NCBI GenBank assembly: GCA_023666945.1
Contig: JAMPAY010000003.1
Coordinates: 59,200 to 123,199, forward strand
DNA from: Paludibacter sp.
GTDB taxonomy: Bacteria; Bacteroidota; Bacteroidia; Bacteroidales; Paludibacteraceae
DNA: 64,000 bases
Direction: 5' to 3'
Each line of letters starts with the position of its first letter. The first letter of the stretch is position 1. The translations under genes were made by a program, and so were the position numbers. The notes below the pieces were generated by a model. That model was given only the letters and a program-made list of their open reading frames with translations, had not been told where the DNA came from and ran no database searches. Below are positions 59,576 through 64,000 of the stretch, in pieces.

Positions 59576-60985
59576 ATGAAAAGAAGCCTGTTTCTATATC
59601 TTTCATTGGGCAGCATAGTTGCCTTATTAGGAGCGTGCAATACGCCGTCTAATCCTGACGAACCCCAACCGGTAAAAGACAAAGAAGGTACAATCTATTA
59701 TACCGAATCCGATGACCTCTTCCCTAATCCCGAAAGAGGTATGTATACACAAATCAACTACGACTCCGAAAATCTGACAAAAACACTTGCGGAAAGTTCT
59801 TTACAAGCACTCCGCGAGGACAATATAACCCTCGTCTTCAATTACTACTATCTTAACGCCTATCGCGATAAAGATATTGATGACGAATACCTCCAACGAT
59901 TGGAAAAGAACATGCAGGTACTGCGCAAATTCGGTGCAAAAGCCATACTCCGATTCGCTTACACCAACAACTACCGCGAAATTGACAAACCATGGGATGC
60001 ACCGGTCGATCAAGTATTACGTCATGTCGCACAAATAGCCCCCTACTTGCAAGAATATGCCGATGTTATCTTCTGCCTGCAAGCAGGCTTTGTCGGCTCA
60101 TGGGGCGAATGGTACTATACCTCCCATTTCGGTTATCCCATACAAGACGTCGAAGCACGCAACACACTCCTCGAAGCATTACTCGAAGCCCTTCCGCAAC
60201 GCCGTATGCTCTGTGTACGTACTCCCGAGTACAAAACAAACGTACTTCATACAGACTTTACTGATACGCTGACCTATGCTGAAGCATATAACGGCTCTGA
60301 CAAAGCCCGTTTAGCATGTCATAACGACTGCTTTGTAGCATCACAAAACGATGTGGGAACATTCTCAGGAACACCTGCCAAAAACTATTGGGCAAAAGAA
60401 ACCCGTTTTACACTAATGGGAGGTGAAACCTGCGGAACTTCCTATTACTCCACTTGCGATAATGCACTGCAGCAACTTCAACGTTTCCACTGGACATATC
60501 TTAATCGCAGTTATCATCCTGATGTGCTCAATAGTTGGCAACAAGACGGATGTATGAACGAAATTAAAGCACGACTCGGCTATCGTTTCGTATTGGATAA
60601 GGCATGGTTCACTCCGGAACCCAAAGCAGGGGAATCGTTTGTCGCCGAACTGCAAGTACGCAACGTTGGTTTTGCAGCCCCATGCAACCCGCGAGATGTA
60701 CAACTCGTCTTCGTTTCTGCCGAACAGACCGACCAAACCATAGTTATTCCCTTTGCCGACATCGATCCGCGTACATGGTACGCCGATGGAAACGGAACGC
60801 ATGCCGTTAATCTGCAATGCACACTGCCCGCCAATATGAATGGTACTTATACCCTCTATCTCAACCTACCCGATCCGGAGCCCACATTGGCGGCTAATCC
60901 GTTCTGCAGTATTCGTTTGGCAAACGAAAATATATGGGAAGCAACCACCGGATACAACAAACTCACAACCATTACTCTGCAATGA
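59576..60985 (+). CDS. Lipoprotein, putative TIM-barrel glycoside hydrolase (DUF4874/DUF4832-like)
   Basis: Lipobox LLGACN. GFVGSWGEWYY and NEP-like acidic motifs reminiscent of GH-A clan barrels. Assignment tentative. Confidence 0.35.
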   Translation: MKRSLFLYLSLGSIVALLGACNTPSNPDEPQPVKDKEGTIYYTESDDLFPNPERGMYTQINYDSENLTKTLAESSLQALREDNITLVFNYYYLNAYRDKDIDDEYLQRLEKNMQVLRKFGAKAILRFAYTNNYREIDKPWDAPVDQVLRHVAQIAPYLQEYADVIFCLQAGFVGSWGEWYYTSHFGYPIQDVEARNTLLEALLEALPQRRMLCVRTPEYKTNVLHTDFTDTLTYAEAYNGSDKARLACHNDCFVASQNDVGTFSGTPAKNYWAKETRFTLMGGETCGTSYYSTCDNALQQLQRFHWTYLNRSYHPDVLNSWQQDGCMNEIKARLGYRFVLDKAWFTPEPKAGESFVAELQVRNVGFAAPCNPRDVQLVFVSAEQTDQTIVIPFADIDPRTWYADGNGTHAVNLQCTLPANMNGTYTLYLNLPDPEPTLAANPFCSIRLANENIWEATTGYNKLTTITLQ

Positions 60986-62556
60986 AACGACTCCTCATCT
61001 GTATACTAACCGCCTATACTCTTACCGTTACGGCAACCACAACGTCCGTACAGCCTCTCACCAACGAACACTGGTGGGGATGCTCTGTCGGCAACGGAGC
61101 ACTAATGCCCTTTACCGACAATGTTCCACGCTTCGATTTGGCAACCGAAGATGCCAACAACCAACTCGTACCCCTATTGTTATCCGATTGCGGACGATAT
61201 ATATGGAGCGATACACCTTTTGCATTCTCCGTTACTGATGGTATTATCACCATCGAAGCCGAACAAACCGTAGAGGTTATGCAAACAGGCAATACGCTGC
61301 GCGATGCTTATCTGCAAGCCGCCAAAACCTACTTTCCGCCATCGGGAACAATACCCGAAGAAATCTTCTTTACAAAACCGCAATACAACACATGGATAGA
61401 ACTCATGTACGACCAGACACAAGAAGATATTCTCCGTTATGCTCATAGCATCATCAATAATGGTTTTCCTGCCGGCGTACTCATGATTGACGACAACTGG
61501 CAACGCTATTATGGCAATTTCGATTTCAAAGCCGAATGTTTTCCCAATCCCAAAGCCATGGTGGACGAGTTGCATCAACTCGGTTTCCGTGTCATGCTCT
61601 GGATTTGTCCTTTCGTTTCACCCGATAGCCCCGAATACAGATGGTTAGAACAAAAAGGTTGGTTGCTGCGCAATCAATACGGTAATCCTGCCATCTTACC
61701 ATGGTGGAACGGACAAAGTGCTTGCTACGATCTCACCAACCCCGAAGCCGCAGCATATTTCTGCAACATACTCAAAAACATGCAGACACAGTACGGCATC
61801 GACGGGTTCAAGTTCGATGCAGGTGACAATCATTGCTACAATCAGCCCGGTCTCAATGCATGGCAGGCGGATGCTACCACTGTCGACCATACCCTATCTT
61901 GGGCAAATATCGGACTGCAATTTCCCTATAACGAATATCGTGCCTGTTGGAAAATGGGCGGACAACCTTTGGTTCAACGACTTGGTGATAAAGACTATTC
62001 TTGGGAAGCCGTACAATCGCTCATACCATGCATGACGCTCGCCGGACTATTAGGCTATGCTTACACTTGCCCCGACATGATAGGAGGCGGACAATTCACC
62101 TCTTTCCTGAATATCAATGCCGATGAGTTTAATCAATCGCTTATTGTTCGTTCCACACAAGTGCATGCGCTCATGCCCATGATGCAGTTCTCTGTTGCCC
62201 CCTGGAGAATACTCAATGCAGAGAACCTCAATACAGTACGCAATATGGCCAACCTGCATGTACAAATGGGAGAATACATCCTTAGCCTCGCACACGAAGC
62301 AGCATGCACCGGCGAACCTATTGTGCGACACATGGAATACGTCTTTCCACACCAAGGATTTGCCGCTTGCAACGACCAATTCATGCTCGGAAATCGAATC
62401 TTGGTCGCACCCGTTACCAACGAGGCTGCCACACGAACAGTGCTATTGCCTAAAGGAACATGGCGCGACGAACAAGGCAAACGCTACAAAGGCGGACATA
62501 CTATCACTATTGATGTACCATTGTCACGACTACCCTATTTCGAACGAATAAAATAA
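60982..62556 (+). CDS. Glycoside hydrolase family 31-like enzyme
   Basis: FPAGVLMIDDNWQ...FDF...FPNPKAMVDELHQLGFRVMLWICPFV matches the GH31 catalytic-domain block. GIDGFKFDAGD candidate nucleophile region. ATGA overlap with the previous gene (start 60982). Confidence 0.55.
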   Translation: MKRLLICILTAYTLTVTATTTSVQPLTNEHWWGCSVGNGALMPFTDNVPRFDLATEDANNQLVPLLLSDCGRYIWSDTPFAFSVTDGIITIEAEQTVEVMQTGNTLRDAYLQAAKTYFPPSGTIPEEIFFTKPQYNTWIELMYDQTQEDILRYAHSIINNGFPAGVLMIDDNWQRYYGNFDFKAECFPNPKAMVDELHQLGFRVMLWICPFVSPDSPEYRWLEQKGWLLRNQYGNPAILPWWNGQSACYDLTNPEAAAYFCNILKNMQTQYGIDGFKFDAGDNHCYNQPGLNAWQADATTVDHTLSWANIGLQFPYNEYRACWKMGGQPLVQRLGDKDYSWEAVQSLIPCMTLAGLLGYAYTCPDMIGGGQFTSFLNINADEFNQSLIVRSTQVHALMPMMQFSVAPWRILNAENLNTVRNMANLHVQMGEYILSLAHEAACTGEPIVRHMEYVFPHQGFAACNDQFMLGNRILVAPVTNEAATRTVLLPKGTWRDEQGKRYKGGHTITIDVPLSRLPYFERIK

Positions 62557-62565
62557 TAACCTGTC

Positions 62566-63444
62566 ATGATGAAAAACAAACTCTGGTTTATATTTGCCCT
62601 CATTACTGTTTGTACATGGGGTGTATGGGGAGCCTTCAGCGGCTATCAAATCGAACATGGTATTCCCGATACTGTTATCTATATTGTATGGGCATTATCA
62701 ATGTTGCCTTGTGCATTAGTGGCACTTATCATCAATAAAGGACATCTCAATGCTGATTGGCATTCTGTCTTACTCGGTTGTGCGGTCGGTTTCCTCGGAG
62801 CAGGAGGTCAACTCATACTCTTCAAAGCACTTAGCATGGGACCCGCCTATATCATCTATCCTTTCATCTCCATGTCACCCATTGTGGTTATCACCCTTGC
62901 CGCCATCTTCTTGCGTGAACGTGCATCGCGGTGGCAAATAGCCGGTATTATTACTGCCTTGGTGGCCATTTTCTTCTTCTCGTGGCAATCGGGCGAAGGC
63001 AACAACACCGCTTCCGGATGGTTATGGTTGCTCTTGGCGGTCGGAGCATTGTTTGCATGGGGTGTACAAGGCTTCTGCATGAAGTTCGCCAACAACTCCA
63101 TGGATGCCGAATCCATCTTTATATGGATGGCTATCACGGCTGTCTTACTCATTCCCGTAGCCTATTTCATGAATGCGGATGCCGCTACATTTTTCGCACA
63201 ACCCGACATCGCTGAGCAAGTTTGGTCCTCTTTCGGAATACAGATACTCAATTCAATCGGTGCACTCACACTTGTCTATGCTTATCGCTATGGCAAAGCA
63301 GTGGTAGTCTCACCTATGGAAGGACTCTCTCCCATGGTTACCGTCGTACTCTCTTTGCTCATTTCGCAAGTGATTCCCGATGCTTTCCAAATTACAGGCT
63401 TCTGCTTTGCCGCATTCGCCATGTTTGCCTTGTCTAAAGGATAA
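62566..63444 (+). CDS. DMT-superfamily (EamA/GRP-like) sugar permease
   Basis: 10 predicted TM helices in two 5-TM repeats. 292 aa. Confidence 0.55.
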   Translation: MMKNKLWFIFALITVCTWGVWGAFSGYQIEHGIPDTVIYIVWALSMLPCALVALIINKGHLNADWHSVLLGCAVGFLGAGGQLILFKALSMGPAYIIYPFISMSPIVVITLAAIFLRERASRWQIAGIITALVAIFFFSWQSGEGNNTASGWLWLLLAVGALFAWGVQGFCMKFANNSMDAESIFIWMAITAVLLIPVAYFMNADAATFFAQPDIAEQVWSSFGIQILNSIGALTLVYAYRYGKAVVVSPMEGLSPMVTVVLSLLISQVIPDAFQITGFCFAAFAMFALSKG

Positions 63445-63507
63445 CGAAAGAACGCCCCTATCGTTCGGTAGAGGCGTTCCGATATTATATACGTTGTTTT
63501 GATTTTT

Positions 63508-64000
63508 TCACTCTGCTACCGTATGGGAACACTCCCGTACGGTAGTTTCCATTTCTGCGTATCGGCGTTCCTGTTCTTCCAACAAACGCAACTGCGCACG
63601 CGTACGTACCAAATTATGCTCCGGATACCTGATTTTATAGTACGTGTCACCATTCAACCAATCGGTATAGAAACGTACAGTCTGCATATAACTCATCAGT
63701 GTGACCCCAAACGGCAACAACTCCCGTTCTGAGGTCGTCAAGAAAGTAGCGGTTTCCAAATAACCTTTTGTATATGCCCTGAAGATATCCATATTCACCC
63801 CTATCGTATTCAGGTTTGGGGAATCCTCCGCTCCGGTGTTAGCGGCAGTACGCATAAAATCACCAAAATCGGATAATACATATCCGGGCATCACCGTATC
63901 TAAATCTACAATGCAAAGCGGAGCACCATCGGCATCAAACAATATATTGTTCACTTTCGTATCGCAATGATTGATACGCTTGGGCAATTTACCTTCACGA
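63508..64000 (-). CDS. APH/choline-kinase-like phosphotransferase (N-acetylhexosamine kinase-like), C-terminal part. N-terminus is off-window.
   Basis: HCDTKVNNILFD...LCIVDLDTV catalytic loop and DFG-equivalent of the aminoglycoside-phosphotransferase fold. Frame stays open to the window end. Confidence 0.55.
   Translation of the reverse strand, partial: REGKLPKRINHCDTKVNNILFDADGAPLCIVDLDTVMPGYVLSDFGDFMRTAANTGAEDSPNLNTIGVNMDIFRAYTKGYLETATFLTTSERELLPFGVTLMSYMQTVRFYTDWLNGDTYYKIRYPEHNLVRTRAQLRLLEEQERRYAEMETTVRECSHTVAE

Overview
This 64 kb window reads as a chromosomal segment from a Bacteroidota (Bacteroidales-like) genome. Two lines of evidence support that. Nearly every operon is preceded by the Bacteroidetes sigma-AB -7 promoter box TAnnTTTG, mostly TAccTTTG. 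The gene content fits too: a SusC/SusD pair, a GldJ-like lipoprotein, a T9SS C-terminal-sorting-domain cargo protein, and abundant lipoproteins.

The left two thirds carry housekeeping genes. These are pckA, metG, secDF, sufB, miaB, greA, folP-cdaA, a CCA-adding enzyme, two tRNA(CAT) genes, a Fur/PerR-reverse-rubrerythrin pair, an M13 peptidase plus NlpC/P60 operon, and an ABC/FtsX/MFP/TolC efflux cluster.

The right third (about 45.3-64 kb) is a catabolic island. A DeoR-family regulator sits divergent from an agaS-kbaZ-PfkB kinase-kbaY tagatose/galactosamine-6-phosphate pathway operon. That operon runs straight into glycoside hydrolases (GH-D-like, GH31-like, DUF4832-like), SusC/SusD, a DMT transporter and an APH-like sugar kinase. 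This looks like a GalNAc/host-glycan utilisation locus.

I found no transposase, integrase, CRISPR array or rRNA.

The items worth a second look are:
- a four-gene operon pairing a radical SAM/SPASM enzyme with a conserved lipoprotein, preceded by an intrinsic-terminator-like leader;
- a ~70-100 bp intergenic repeat family in three copies, built from 11-bp tandem CGAGACC(G)TAA iterons and a palindromic ACGAGATCTCGT core, each about 200 bp upstream of a plus-strand operon;
- a membrane-anchored LuxR-HTH regulator split exactly at an A9 homopolymer;
- a C10 tract and three TTTCGAAAC palindromes in the DeoR-agaS control region;
- GraL-like leader terminators upstream of greA.

All protein family calls come from reading the translated ORFs for motifs. 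No database search was possible.
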